64,000 nt of DNA. It comes from Candidatus Methanosuratincola verstraetei (GTDB taxonomy: Archaea > Thermoproteota > Methanomethylicia > Methanomethylicales > Methanomethylicaceae). The position numbers and the translations under genes are program-made. Where the stretch lies: positions 160,001 to 224,000 of the forward strand of contig CP186953.1 of assembly GCA_049570475.1 (NCBI GenBank). The letters run 5' to 3'. Below are positions 28,620 through 38,575 of the stretch, in pieces (within the stretch, counting starts at the first letter, position 1; each line of letters opens with the position of its first letter). The notes beneath the pieces were generated by a model. The model worked only from the letters and a program-made list of their open reading frames with translations, had not been told where the DNA came from and did not search any database.

Positions 28620-29379
28620 TGCACGGAGCCTCCTTGTCTAGGATGGTGGCGTATCTCCTTATCCTCATGAGCACAAGGTATACCAGCGGCACCAGCATCA
28701 GGGTAAGCAGCCCGGTCGCCGCAGTGGAACCGAATAGCAGCGAAGAGGAGGAGAGGAAGTTGAAGAGGGCATGCATCCCAATGGCTCCAGCCAAGTAAGG
28801 GGCGAGATCGAGGAGGCGCATGCTGCCCTTGTTGGCCAACAGCGATCTCGAGACGCCGATCCCGGCTATGGCGGTGGCTGTTGCATGCAGGAAAGAAGAA
28901 AGGGCTGATCGGACCGCCACGAGTGCGAGCCCAGAAGCGAGGCCCCCTGCAAGGGCCTGATCCCAGCCGTAGATCACGTTCTCCGTGAGAGCAAACCCGA
29001 ACCCTATTGCCATGCCATAAATCATCCCGTCTTCGATCTCCCTTATCTTACCCAAAATGAATCGGAAGCCGGTCACCTTGATGAACTCCTCGACCAATGG
29101 CGCAACCACAATCACCGAAGTGAAGAGGGCAAGGTCTGCCTGCATCTCAACAGGGACAAGAATCACCATCCTGAAGAGCCCAAAGAAGAATGAATTGAAG
29201 GCGGTCGAGACGATGACTGCAAAGAAGACGGTGTAAGTGGCACCGATCGCCAAAGCCCGGTACAGGTCTTTCAGCTCTTCCCTGTTGCAGATCTCCCACC
29301 CCCTTACCCAAACCAAGTAAACAAGCGGCGGGATGGCAGATGCGACAAGTATGATGGATAAGTCAAAGATCTCAGGCAT
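28606..29379 (-). CDS. PrsW-family intramembrane metalloprotease
   Basis: APLVEEFIK, GFGFALTEN, HATAT, HALFN; multiple TM segments. Confidence 0.85.
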   Translation of the reverse strand: MPEIFDLSIILVASAIPPLVYLVWVRGWEICNREELKDLYRALAIGATYTVFFAVIVSTAFNSFFFGLFRMVILVPVEMQADLALFTSVIVVAPLVEEFIKVTGFRFILGKIREIEDGMIYGMAIGFGFALTENVIYGWDQALAGGLASGLALVAVRSALSSFLHATATAIAGIGVSRSLLANKGSMRLLDLAPYLAGAIGMHALFNFLSSSSLLFGSTAATGLLTLMLVPLVYLVLMRIRRYATILDKEAPCIVGE

Positions 29380-29508
29380 GATTGATAATCTGTCATGCCC
29401 AGTAAATAAGCACGCTGAGGCATACTTTAACCCTGAAGGACGCCAATGGAGATATCAGAAAATTATATAATCAGCCTATCACTGCTCTCACTACAAAAGG
29501 TGGAAACA

Positions 29509-30084
29509 ATGTCTGCATCTCCAAAAACACTGAACCCGGCACCGCTGGGGCTAGCAGCCTTCGCCATGACGACGACAGTTCTATGTCTTTTCACCGTTGG
29601 CGCCATACCTTCTTCTTGGGTATCAATCGTCATCCCGCTCGCAATCGCATACGGCGGCCTGATGCAGGTAATCGTTGGGCTCTGGGAGGCCAAATTGGGG
29701 AACACATTCGGGTTTGTGGCATTCAGTTCATACGGGGCATTCTGGATATACTACGCGCTAGTTGCAATCCTTTCTTCAGTCGGCATGATAACGGTCAGCC
29801 CAACAGCAGCCGGAGTGGTCCTCATCATGTGGGGATTCCTGACGCTGTACCTGTGGATAGCATCGCTCAAAGCACCAAAGGTCACTTGCATGGTATTCCT
29901 ATTCCTGGCGCTCACTTTCTTTGTCCTCGGCATAGGAGACATCACAGGGATCGGCATGGTCTCCAAGGCAGGCGGGGCACTCGGGTTAATCACTGCCGCC
30001 CTTGCTTGGTACAACTCGCTTGCCATAGTCATCAATGACATGCACGGGAGGACCGCTGCACCTTTGGGAAAACCCCTCATGTGA
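29509..30084 (+). CDS. Acetate/succinate channel, SatP (GPR1/FUN34/YaaH) family
   Basis: NPAPLGL, YGGLMQ, GNTFG, YGAFW; probable start ATG29509. Confidence 0.9.
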   Translation: MSASPKTLNPAPLGLAAFAMTTTVLCLFTVGAIPSSWVSIVIPLAIAYGGLMQVIVGLWEAKLGNTFGFVAFSSYGAFWIYYALVAILSSVGMITVSPTAAGVVLIMWGFLTLYLWIASLKAPKVTCMVFLFLALTFFVLGIGDITGIGMVSKAGGALGLITAALAWYNSLAIVINDMHGRTAAPLGKPLM

Positions 30085-30089
30085 GGGGA

Positions 30090-30110
30090 AATAATTTTTT
30101 ACAAAAAATA
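30090..30110. terminator. Possible bidirectional oligo(T) terminator between convergent genes
   Basis: T6 and A6 runs (TTTTTTACAAAAAA) in the 30-nt gap between convergent stops. Confidence 0.45.
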
Positions 30111-30114
30111 GAGG

Positions 30115-31326
30115 CTAAGCCCCAGATCTGTAGGACTTGATGGTATTTCCCAGCCTCCTTGCGCCTTCCCAGATCTGCTCTATTGTGGGATAGCTGTAGT
30201 TTATGCGGAGCGTGTTCCTGCCGCCCCCGCTGGGGTGGAACGATCCGCCAGGAACGTAGGCCACACCGTTTGAAACAGCCTGCGGCAGCATCTTCGTGGT
30301 ATCGTACTCGGGAGGCAGGGTTGCCCAGATGAACATGCCCCCAGTCGGGCGTGTCCATTCTGCGCCCTCGGGCATATTCTCAGCAAGGGCCTTGAGCATA
30401 GCTTCACGCTTCCTCCTGTAGGCGGGCTTGAGCTTTTCGATGTAGCCCTGGAGGAGCCCCCTGACCATGAACTCGCAGGCTATGTGCTGTGAGAGGGTGT
30501 TTGTGCAGAGGTCCAAGGATTGCTTGAGAATAGCGAACTTGGATGTCAACTCCTCCGGCGCAGCCACCCAACCAAGCCTGAGGCCCGGGGCAAGTATCTT
30601 GGAGAAGGTGCTCGTGTAGATGACTCGCTCGTCATCGAGCGCCTTTATGAACGGCGGGTTCTTTCCGTCCGAGAGGTAACTGTAGGGATCGTCCTCTATT
30701 ATTACAAAGTCGTATTCGTAAGCCAGCTCGACCAGCTCTTTCCGCCTCTCTTCAGTTGTGGTCAGCCCGCTTGGGTTTTGGCAGGTCGGGACGGTATACA
30801 AGAATTTTATCTTTGAGCCTGACTTCCGCTCCTTTAGAGCCTTCCTGAGCGCTGCTGAATTGAGGCCATTTGAGTCCATCGGCGCCAGCATTATTTGCGG
30901 TGAGTGGACCATGAAAGCGCTCATCGCAGCCAGGTAAGTTGGCTCCTCGAGTATAATGGTATCTCCAGGGTCCAAGAAGGCCCTGCCGAATAGGTCCAAG
31001 GCCTGCTGGGATCCAGTCGTTACCAGTATCTCGTCCACCGAGGAGACTCGCATCCCCTCGGATCTCATGAACTTGAGCAGGGCTTCGCGGAGCCCCGAAT
31101 ACCCCTCGGTGGTTTCATATTGGAGGGCGACGCTGGCACGCTCCTTCAGCACATCGGCAGTGATCTGCCTTATCTCCTCCACTGGGAATAGCGCTGGGTC
31201 GGGCATCCCTCCTGCAAAGGAGATAATGTCCCCTGACTTTATTACCTTCAGGATCTCCCTGATGTCACTGGCCTTTGCTTCTTTAGCCACCCTCGAAAGA
31301 AGGTCTTTTGTAGACATCGCGACCAA
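30115..31326 (-). CDS. PLP-dependent class I aminotransferase (LysN/aromatic type)
   Basis: ISFAGGMP, TTGSQQALDL, QNPSG, EDDPY, TFSKILAPGLRLGW. Confidence 0.9.
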   Translation of the reverse strand: MVAMSTKDLLSRVAKEAKASDIREILKVIKSGDIISFAGGMPDPALFPVEEIRQITADVLKERASVALQYETTEGYSGLREALLKFMRSEGMRVSSVDEILVTTGSQQALDLFGRAFLDPGDTIILEEPTYLAAMSAFMVHSPQIMLAPMDSNGLNSAALRKALKERKSGSKIKFLYTVPTCQNPSGLTTTEERRKELVELAYEYDFVIIEDDPYSYLSDGKNPPFIKALDDERVIYTSTFSKILAPGLRLGWVAAPEELTSKFAILKQSLDLCTNTLSQHIACEFMVRGLLQGYIEKLKPAYRRKREAMLKALAENMPEGAEWTRPTGGMFIWATLPPEYDTTKMLPQAVSNGVAYVPGGSFHPSGGGRNTLRINYSYPTIEQIWEGARRLGNTIKSYRSGA

Positions 31327-31632
31327 CTCTTGGATATAGATTGTAATAATTGCACTGCGGAATATAAAAAGAGTTTGCTTTCATCCAGGCGTTCCAATCT
31401 TAAGTTTTGTTTTTTGGCGAAAATTCTCGAAATTGCAAGGATCCCGCTATATTACGAATATGCCAAATCCACTCAATAAATATCATATATTTTATTCTTT
31501 ACAAGGTATTTATTCTATTTATGGAATTAGAAAAATACGGCTGTGCTATGCTTTCCAAGGCGATAATCCCCCCTTGTGCCGATGCTGTTAAATTGGGGCG
31601 CCAGCAAACCTTTTGAAAGGCAGGCGGTTCAG

Positions 31633-32955
31633 GTGGAGGCTCTCCAATTAACTGCATTGAGCATCCTGATAGCAGCCATAGGGGCAATAGTTTGGGGCAA
31701 GATCGACAGGACGGCTGTGGCAATCTTTGGGGCGGTCTGCATGGTGATCACAGGTTGCCTCAGCGACAAGGAGGCTTTCATGGCAGTCGATTGGAATGTT
31801 ATCATACTCATGATCAGCTTCTGGATACTTGCAGGATACTTTGCCAAGAGCGGCATACCCGAGGCGATCGCACATAGGGCGGTTGCCTGGTCCGGCGGGG
31901 ACCTGAGCAAGTTCCTGATTATTGTGGGGGCAGCATCGGGCATACTCTCACTTTTTGTGGACAATGTGCTCGTGATCCTGATTATGGCGCCAGTTGCCTT
32001 GCACATAACCAGGCTGCTGAAGATAAACCCTGTACCTTTTTTGATATTCATCGGTCTCTGCGCCAATTTCACTGGATCTGCGCTCCTGATCGGCGATCTG
32101 CCGCCCCAGATGCTCCACAGCGTCTCAGGCATAGAATTTTTAGAGTTCATATGGCAGTCCGGGAGGCCTTCCTCATTCCCGATACTGATGATCACATTCG
32201 CAGCCGTGCTTTGGTTCTTCAGAATCAACTTCAAGAGGCAGCTCAGGGGCAAGGCAATGGCAACGGAGGTTTTTGCCGTAATAGACCCTGAAAACGGCGG
32301 GGGCGTGAGGGACAAGAGGTTCGCAGCGATAACCGTGATCAGTTTCGTTGCCACAATAGTAGCCCTTTCGCTGAGGTGGCTGATAGGCCTAGAGCTGGGC
32401 GCGATTGCCGCCATCGGTGCAGCAGTTACGGTGCTGGTAATGGAAACCTATGGGAGGAAGCTTAGCCGGCCCTCGTTCGAAGAAGTCCTCACTTCGCTTG
32501 ACTGGCGGTCGATCCTATTTTACATATCGCTCTTCATACTGATAGGCGGGATAAACAGGCAGGGGCTGATAATGATTGCTGCGGACGCAATCGCCCCGAT
32601 CTTCGCCTCGAACACCGCCCTTGGGGTCACTTCTGTCTACTGGCTAACCGTCCCCGTGGTCGGCTTCATCGAGCATGACGCATACATACTGGCGCTGCTG
32701 TACCTAGTCAAAGATTTCAGCATCCAGGCAGGGGTCTCCCCTTGGCCGTACTGGTGGGCAATACTCTGGTCCGGGACATTGGGATCGAACCTGACGGTCG
32801 CAGGCGCCCCTGCGCTGCTCGTCGCGCTCAACCTCTGCGAGCGGGAGGGGTGCAAGGTTAGCGCCAAGGAGTTCTTCAGGTACAGCTTGCCCTTCGTACT
32901 GATCTCGGTTTTTGTGTGCTATCTCCTAATGATGGTCTTCTGGGTCTTCCTTTGA
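31633..32955 (+). CDS. ArsB/NhaD/SLC13-type anion permease
   Basis: VDWNVI, DNV, ANFTGSALLIGDLP, GTLGSNLTVAGA; many TM helices; probable GTG start at 31633. Confidence 0.82.
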   Translation: MEALQLTALSILIAAIGAIVWGKIDRTAVAIFGAVCMVITGCLSDKEAFMAVDWNVIILMISFWILAGYFAKSGIPEAIAHRAVAWSGGDLSKFLIIVGAASGILSLFVDNVLVILIMAPVALHITRLLKINPVPFLIFIGLCANFTGSALLIGDLPPQMLHSVSGIEFLEFIWQSGRPSSFPILMITFAAVLWFFRINFKRQLRGKAMATEVFAVIDPENGGGVRDKRFAAITVISFVATIVALSLRWLIGLELGAIAAIGAAVTVLVMETYGRKLSRPSFEEVLTSLDWRSILFYISLFILIGGINRQGLIMIAADAIAPIFASNTALGVTSVYWLTVPVVGFIEHDAYILALLYLVKDFSIQAGVSPWPYWWAILWSGTLGSNLTVAGAPALLVALNLCEREGCKVSAKEFFRYSLPFVLISVFVCYLLMMVFWVFL

Positions 32956-32963
32956 AGCAACGC

Positions 32964-33626
32964 CTATTGGCTGGAGAGGTCGGGCGGGCACTTGGGTGCC
33001 CGGACCCCTATCCGGCTCCCAGTCACCATGTACACGGTCTCTGCAGAGATGTAGCAGGCATGGTCTGCCATGCGCTCCACTATCCTTGCTATCAGCCCGT
33101 TCAAGAGCACGCAAGCCCCACCACCAGCATAGTCGCGGTACCTCGAGAGGACTTTCCTGTATCCGGAATCGATTTTGGCGTCCTCGTCTATCACGGAGGC
33201 TGCCCTTACAGGGTCCCTGGATAGGTAAGACTTGACGCTCTCCTGGACCATCTCCCAGCCCGACTCGAGCAGCCCCTTCACATCAGGCGCGCATGCGACC
33301 CCGGACTGGACGTCATCTATCACCTGGACGATATTGCTCAAATACCTCGATATTCTGGCCAGGTCATAAGAGATGCGCATCGCGGAGGTGACCGCCCGGA
33401 GATCCCCTGCAAAAGGCTGGTGCCTTATCAGCGCCTCGACGCAGCGATCGATTATTGCCTCCTCCTGCTCCATTACCAACTTGGTCTTATCGCAGATCTC
33501 CTTTGTCTTGCCTGCGGTTGGCTCTTTTAGGACTGAAAGCACCATCTCATATATCTCAACTATGGAATTGTACATTTCAGATATTCCATTGTTTATTTCC
33601 TTCAGATAGTCTGGTTCCTCCATCAT
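32964..33626 (-). CDS. phoU: Phosphate transport regulator PhoU
   Basis: [24 protein letters not shown]; last gene of the pst operon. Confidence 0.9.
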   Translation of the reverse strand: MMEEPDYLKEINNGISEMYNSIVEIYEMVLSVLKEPTAGKTKEICDKTKLVMEQEEAIIDRCVEALIRHQPFAGDLRAVTSAMRISYDLARISRYLSNIVQVIDDVQSGVACAPDVKGLLESGWEMVQESVKSYLSRDPVRAASVIDEDAKIDSGYRKVLSRYRDYAGGGACVLLNGLIARIVERMADHACYISAETVYMVTGSRIGVRAPKCPPDLSSQ

Positions 33627-34375
33627 CCAAACCTCCCTGTTATGTACCTTTCAGTTATCGGGCTCTTCGGCGACTCGAAGAACTCTTTGGTATCGTTGTA
33701 CTCGATGAGTTCTCCCAAGTAAAGGAAAGCGGTCTTATCGGATATCCTCGCGGCCTGGCCTACATTATGCGTTATTATGATCACCGTGATCTCTGACTTC
33801 AGCTTCCTTATGAGATCCTCTATCCTGCTTGTTGAGGCCGGATCGAGGGCAGAAGTGGGCTCATCCATCAGGATCACCTCAGGCTCCATCGCGAGCGCCC
33901 TAGCGATGCAGAGTCGCTGCTGCTGACCCCCTGAGAGGCTCGCTCCCGACCTCCTTAGATCATCCTTGACCTCGTCATAGAGCCCTACGGACTTCAGCGT
34001 GCGCTCGACTATCGCATCCAGATCCGCCTTGCTCTTCTCCCCTGAAAGCTTGATTCCGGCAACAACGTTGTCAGATATCGACATGTTAGGGAACGGGTTT
34101 GGCTTCTGGAAGACCATGCCAATCTTGCGCCTGACATCCATAGGATCCATCCCATAAATGTCGATCCCATCCAGGAATGCCTTCCCCTCGACTCGAGCGC
34201 CAGGATTCAGTTCATGCATCCTGTTCAGGCACCTTATGAAGGTGGACTTGCCACAACCTGAGGGGCCGACCAGCGCAGTGACCTGCCTCTCTTCGAATGC
34301 GATTGAGATGTCTTTTAGTACCTGCTTCTTCCCGAACCAGGCACTCAGTCTTTCGGTTACGAGTTTTGTTGCCAA
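33623..34375 (-). CDS. pstB: Phosphate ABC transporter ATP-binding protein
   Basis: [37 protein letters not shown]. Confidence 0.96.
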   Translation of the reverse strand: MATKLVTERLSAWFGKKQVLKDISIAFEERQVTALVGPSGCGKSTFIRCLNRMHELNPGARVEGKAFLDGIDIYGMDPMDVRRKIGMVFQKPNPFPNMSISDNVVAGIKLSGEKSKADLDAIVERTLKSVGLYDEVKDDLRRSGASLSGGQQQRLCIARALAMEPEVILMDEPTSALDPASTSRIEDLIRKLKSEITVIIITHNVGQAARISDKTAFLYLGELIEYNDTKEFFESPKSPITERYITGRFG

Positions 34376-34378
34376 TTA

Positions 34379-35218
34379 TCAGGCACCTCCGTATTTCTTT
34401 CTTCCAAGATATCTAACTGCAACGTTTATGGTTATTACCAGAAGGACGAGAAGGAGCGAAGCGCCCCATGCCTTCGCTACCCAGTCGGCGAAGCCGCTTA
34501 TTGCGTAATTGTAGATAAGCACCTGCAGAGTCGCCATCGGCTGGTCTATCCCAGTTGGCCAGTAGAAGCTGAATAGTGCGGTGAAGAGCAGCGGTGCGGT
34601 CTCGCCGCTGATCCTGGCAAAGGCAAGCAAAGATCCTGAGATGACCCCTCCCTTTGCCATGCTCAGGACTATCCTTGTGGTTATGTTGTACTTTGGGATG
34701 CCCAGCGCCATCCCAGCCTCCCTCAGGTCGTCGGAAACCACCCTCATAGACTCTTCAGTAGCCTTGGCCACAAGAGGTATCATCATTATGCCTAGGGCCA
34801 AGGTTGCCGCGACCCCAGTGTAGTGCCGGAATGAAAGGACTATCAAGGTGAAGGCGAAGAGTCCGATGACTAACGAGGGGACCCCCGAGAGCGACTCGAC
34901 AATCGTCCTGACTGCAGATCCCATCCTGCTATCATGAGCGTACTCAGCGAGATATATCCCCGTGAGGATTCCGAGAGGGATGCCCAACCCGCTCGCAAAG
35001 AGGTTGATGATGAGCGTTCCAAGTATAGCGTTTCCTATGCCTCCCCCCGAGGAACCGAATGGGGCAGGCAGGGAGGTCAGGAACTCAAGGCTCATCACCG
35101 AGATCCCGTTCCAGACGATGCTCCCGATTATCCAGAACAGGGGGACCACTGCCGCCCCAGTAAGAGCGACGAGGGCAGCAATGATCAGTTTTTCTTTCGT
35201 GCGCCTCGAAACTATCAT
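34379..35218 (-). CDS. pstA: Phosphate ABC transporter permease
   Basis: GGIGNAILGT, GVPSLVIGLF, ARISGETAPL. Confidence 0.94.
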   Translation of the reverse strand: MIVSRRTKEKLIIAALVALTGAAVVPLFWIIGSIVWNGISVMSLEFLTSLPAPFGSSGGGIGNAILGTLIINLFASGLGIPLGILTGIYLAEYAHDSRMGSAVRTIVESLSGVPSLVIGLFAFTLIVLSFRHYTGVAATLALGIMMIPLVAKATEESMRVVSDDLREAGMALGIPKYNITTRIVLSMAKGGVISGSLLAFARISGETAPLLFTALFSFYWPTGIDQPMATLQVLIYNYAISGFADWVAKAWGASLLLVLLVITINVAVRYLGRKKYGGA

Positions 35219-36147
35219 CCGGACGCATTCCTCCTTGAAATGCGAGTTATCACAAGCCTGGCTGAAGAATTGACCAAAAGCGTAATGACCAAAAGGATCA
35301 GCCCCAGCTCAACGAGCGAAGAGACATGCAATACGTCTACTGCCTCGTATAGCTCGCTCGCAATTTTGCTAGTTATCGTCGAAGCAGGCGAGAAGAGGGA
35401 GATGGAAGAGAAAGGCCAAATGAAACTATTCCCTATCACCATTGTTACCGCCATCGTCTCGCCTAGCGCCCGACCAAGCGCAAGTATGATCGAAGCAAAT
35501 ATCCCTAGCTTCGAGAATGGCAAAGCGACATGCCTCACCACTTCCCACCTCGTGGCACCCAGCGAGATCATGGCTTCCCTTAGCTCGACCGGGGTCGAAG
35601 AGAGTAGCGAGATAGTCAAGGAGGATATGATTGGGACAATCATGAAGGTAAGGACAAGGGAGGCCAAGAAGAGGCTCAGCCCATATGCCGGACCGGAGAA
35701 CAGGGGTATGAAACCTATAGATCCGACTATAGGGTCCTGCACATAAGTCTTGACTAAAGGTGCGACTATCCATAAGCCCCATATCCCGAATATTACGCTT
35801 GGGATGGTTGCAAGCATGTCGATCACTATGGAAAGGGCCGCCCTGACCCTCCTAGGCGCATACTCTGTGAAGAATACGGACATCCCAAGGCTTATCGGCA
35901 CCGCCGAAGCAACGGCGATCGCGGATGAGGCCAATGTCCCCAGTATGGCAGGGATCCCTCCATATATCCCAGAGTTCACATCCCAAGTGCTTCCGAATAT
36001 CATCAGAGGATCATTGGCCATAGACGGATAAGATCTGACCGCAAGCATCACGAATATCATTACAAAAAAAGCAACGACTATGAGCGAGCTTCCGCCCACC
36101 AAATACTTAAAAGCCGAATCTTTAAAAAAAATGGATTTTTTGTTCAA
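35215..36147 (-). CDS. pstC: Phosphate ABC transporter permease
   Basis: IPSVIFGIWG, LGATRWE, RALGETMAV. Confidence 0.94.
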   Translation of the reverse strand: MNKKSIFFKDSAFKYLVGGSSLIVVAFFVMIFVMLAVRSYPSMANDPLMIFGSTWDVNSGIYGGIPAILGTLASSAIAVASAVPISLGMSVFFTEYAPRRVRAALSIVIDMLATIPSVIFGIWGLWIVAPLVKTYVQDPIVGSIGFIPLFSGPAYGLSLFLASLVLTFMIVPIISSLTISLLSSTPVELREAMISLGATRWEVVRHVALPFSKLGIFASIILALGRALGETMAVTMVIGNSFIWPFSSISLFSPASTITSKIASELYEAVDVLHVSSLVELGLILLVITLLVNSSARLVITRISRRNASG

Positions 36148-36160
36148 TTTTACCGCCTGC

Positions 36161-37243
36161 TCAAAGCAAAGGCCTTCCGTTGTAAGTGAGTTGCTTGAGG
36201 TTAGCCTCGGCTACTGTCACAACGCTGCTTGGCAGTCTCGGGTATAGCAAAGATTCGGAGTAGGACTGCCCATCGTGGATGATCCACCACAGGAAGTTTG
36301 CCACTGCCTTGGCTTTGGCTTCGGGCATGTAGGAAAGATCCTTGTATACCAGAATGTACGTGAACACAGATATTGGGTAAACGCCATCTCCGGGCATGTT
36401 GACCACAGAAGCCCTCACATCAGACGACAGCAATGGCGCCGCCGCTCCTAGAGCTCTGGATATTGAAGTCAAAGTGGGCTCAACGAATTGCCCGTTCCTG
36501 TTCATTACCTTGGCATATGGGATCGAGTTGTTCTTCGCGTAGAAGAATTCCAGATAGCCAACGCCCCCAGGCGTCTGCTGCAGCGTGCTCGCGACTCCGC
36601 TGTTGCCCGATGCGCCTATCCCGACAGGCCAATTTACAGTCGTGCCCGAACCAAGGATCCAAACTGAGCTCGCGTTTTTGAGGTAACTCGTGAAGCCGTT
36701 CGTCGTGCCGCTCGAGTCTGATCTCCTGATAACCACTATGTTCAAGTCAGGCAATGTAAGAGCCGGGTTTATTGCTGCGATCTCAGGGGCATTCCACTTG
36801 GTAATGTTCCCCTGGAATATTTTCGCTATGACGTCTGCAGTGAGGTTCATTCCAGATCCGATGTTGGGTATGTTATATGCAACTACGATTCCCCCGCCCG
36901 TCTCTGGGATGTGCAGTATCCCGGGATTTTGTTCCATCTGCGAGTCTTTTAATGGCGCATCTGATCCTGCAAAGTCAAATGTCTTGGCAAACAGGCCGTT
37001 CTGACCCGCGCCGCTCCCGACAGACTGGTAAGTTATCTGCACGGCGGGGCGCAGCTTGTTGTATTCAGAGACCCACTTGGATATCAAAGGGTAGGGAAAT
37101 GAGGCTCCCCCAGCAGTTATTGTTGCCGGCTGCTCAGCCCCCATGGACTGGGTGTAGTATATCAGGCCCGCCGCAACCAGCACCACAGCGACTATTCCTA
37201 TCCCCAAGATTTTAGAGATGCCTTTACTGTCACTTAAGAACAT
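36161..37243 (-). CDS. pstS: Phosphate ABC transporter substrate-binding protein
   Basis: GASFPYP, YQSVGSGAG, FAGSDAP, RSDSSGTT, YPIS; probable start ATG37243. Confidence 0.95.
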   Translation of the reverse strand: MFLSDSKGISKILGIGIVAVVLVAAGLIYYTQSMGAEQPATITAGGASFPYPLISKWVSEYNKLRPAVQITYQSVGSGAGQNGLFAKTFDFAGSDAPLKDSQMEQNPGILHIPETGGGIVVAYNIPNIGSGMNLTADVIAKIFQGNITKWNAPEIAAINPALTLPDLNIVVIRRSDSSGTTNGFTSYLKNASSVWILGSGTTVNWPVGIGASGNSGVASTLQQTPGGVGYLEFFYAKNNSIPYAKVMNRNGQFVEPTLTSISRALGAAAPLLSSDVRASVVNMPGDGVYPISVFTYILVYKDLSYMPEAKAKAVANFLWWIIHDGQSYSESLLYPRLPSSVVTVAEANLKQLTYNGRPLL

Positions 37244-37443
37244 ATTTTTCCCCTTCGGTAATGACTTCAGTTTTGATATATATAGAATATGCATATTTTG
37301 TATTTATTCCAGAATATAGGAAATAAAATATATTTTTGTAAATATAAAATATACAAATCTTTGAGGATTCTGGCAACCCATAGACCACATGAAAGGGAGC
37401 CGCGCCGCCCCCTCATCAAATTGCTGTTAAACATAAATACAAT

Positions 37444-37490
37444 AATATATATGCCGGGCAAAAATATATATAACAATTTTCAATATATAT
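37444..37490. repeat. Three AATATATAT units at an exact 19-bp period upstream of the AbrB-PhoU gene
   Basis: Copies start at 37444, 37463 and 37482, with unrelated 10-nt spacers. Confidence 0.6.
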
Positions 37491-37505
37491 TAGTATAAAT
37501 GGGAT

Positions 37506-38564
37506 ATGGGTGTAAGGAACATGGGAATGCGCAGAGTGCAGAAGGTTGGGAAGTCCACTTTCACCGTCTCGCTCCCACATGAATGGGTCAAGAAGAACAA
37601 TATTTCGCCCAAGACAGAGGTCAATGTTGTCGCATTACCAAACGGAAGCCTAAAGATCTCAACAGTAGAAGGCGGGAAGGAAGAGAAGAGATCAAAGGAG
37701 ATACTCATCGAGGCAAGGGATCCCGATGCCGGAGATCTGATCAGGAAGACTTTGGCTGCATACATCGCCAACTACGACGTGATAAGGCTAGACCTCTCGA
37801 AAGTGAGTTTCGAGCCTTATGCCAGGGACAAAATCCGCAAAATGATCAAGTTCAAGATGGCAGGCGCAGAGATTATTGAAGAGACCTCGGACAGGATGAC
37901 AATACAAATCCTCCTCAGACCGTACGAGTTCCCCCTAGACAGGTTGTTTTTGAGGATGGCCACGATGGCAAGAGACATGATTGCGGACGTCATAAAGGCA
38001 GAGAAGGGGGGCGACCAGAATTTCCGGAGAAACATGCTAACAGACATAATCGAAAGGGACGAGGACGTGGATAAGTTGTATTTCATGGGCAGCAGATGGC
38101 TTTCAAACATAATGGAGGACCAGGGCGCGCTGAAGGACTATGGCCTGAACGACATAAAGGCTGCCCTGGACTACAGGATCGCATTCAGGAATGTTGAAAG
38201 GGTCTCTGACCATACGATAAGGATCGCGTCGAAACTCTTGGAGGCTCCTGAAATCGAAAGGAGCATATCCGACGCCATGATGCAATCCCTCAGTGAGGCA
38301 GGCGAGATCTTCATTAGATCTGCGAACTCGTTTAAGAACGGCAGCATACAGGAGGCGAGCAGAGTCATCCACGAAGCCAGGAAATTGGCAGCGAAGGAGG
38401 AGGATTTCATGAGGCGGCTCATAGAAGGGGGGCTCCCGACCAAGGCGGCTGCATCGGTGATAATAGCAATGGACAGCATAAGGAGGATCTCTGAGTATGG
38501 CGTCGGGATCTCCGAGCTCACATTCAACATGTACATCCACAGGGACTCTGCAAAAGCGGATTAG
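37506..38564 (+). CDS. Archaeal phosphate-uptake regulator (N-terminal AbrB/SpoVT DNA-binding domain plus PhoU domains)
   Basis: RRVQKVGKSTFTVSLPHEWV, ERDEDVDKLY, ERVSDH, RRISEY; divergent from pstS. Confidence 0.88.
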   Translation: MGVRNMGMRRVQKVGKSTFTVSLPHEWVKKNNISPKTEVNVVALPNGSLKISTVEGGKEEKRSKEILIEARDPDAGDLIRKTLAAYIANYDVIRLDLSKVSFEPYARDKIRKMIKFKMAGAEIIEETSDRMTIQILLRPYEFPLDRLFLRMATMARDMIADVIKAEKGGDQNFRRNMLTDIIERDEDVDKLYFMGSRWLSNIMEDQGALKDYGLNDIKAALDYRIAFRNVERVSDHTIRIASKLLEAPEIERSISDAMMQSLSEAGEIFIRSANSFKNGSIQEASRVIHEARKLAAKEEDFMRRLIEGGLPTKAAASVIIAMDSIRRISEYGVGISELTFNMYIHRDSAKAD

Positions 38565-38575
38565 CCAACCGACAT

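Noticed and set aside
31629-32414. 261-aa minus-strand ORF, and similar shadows such as 34934-35746 and 57936-58649
   Set aside because: They overlap well-supported genes on the opposite strand; the PPNP repeat is simply the reverse of the mtaA GGGF repeat.
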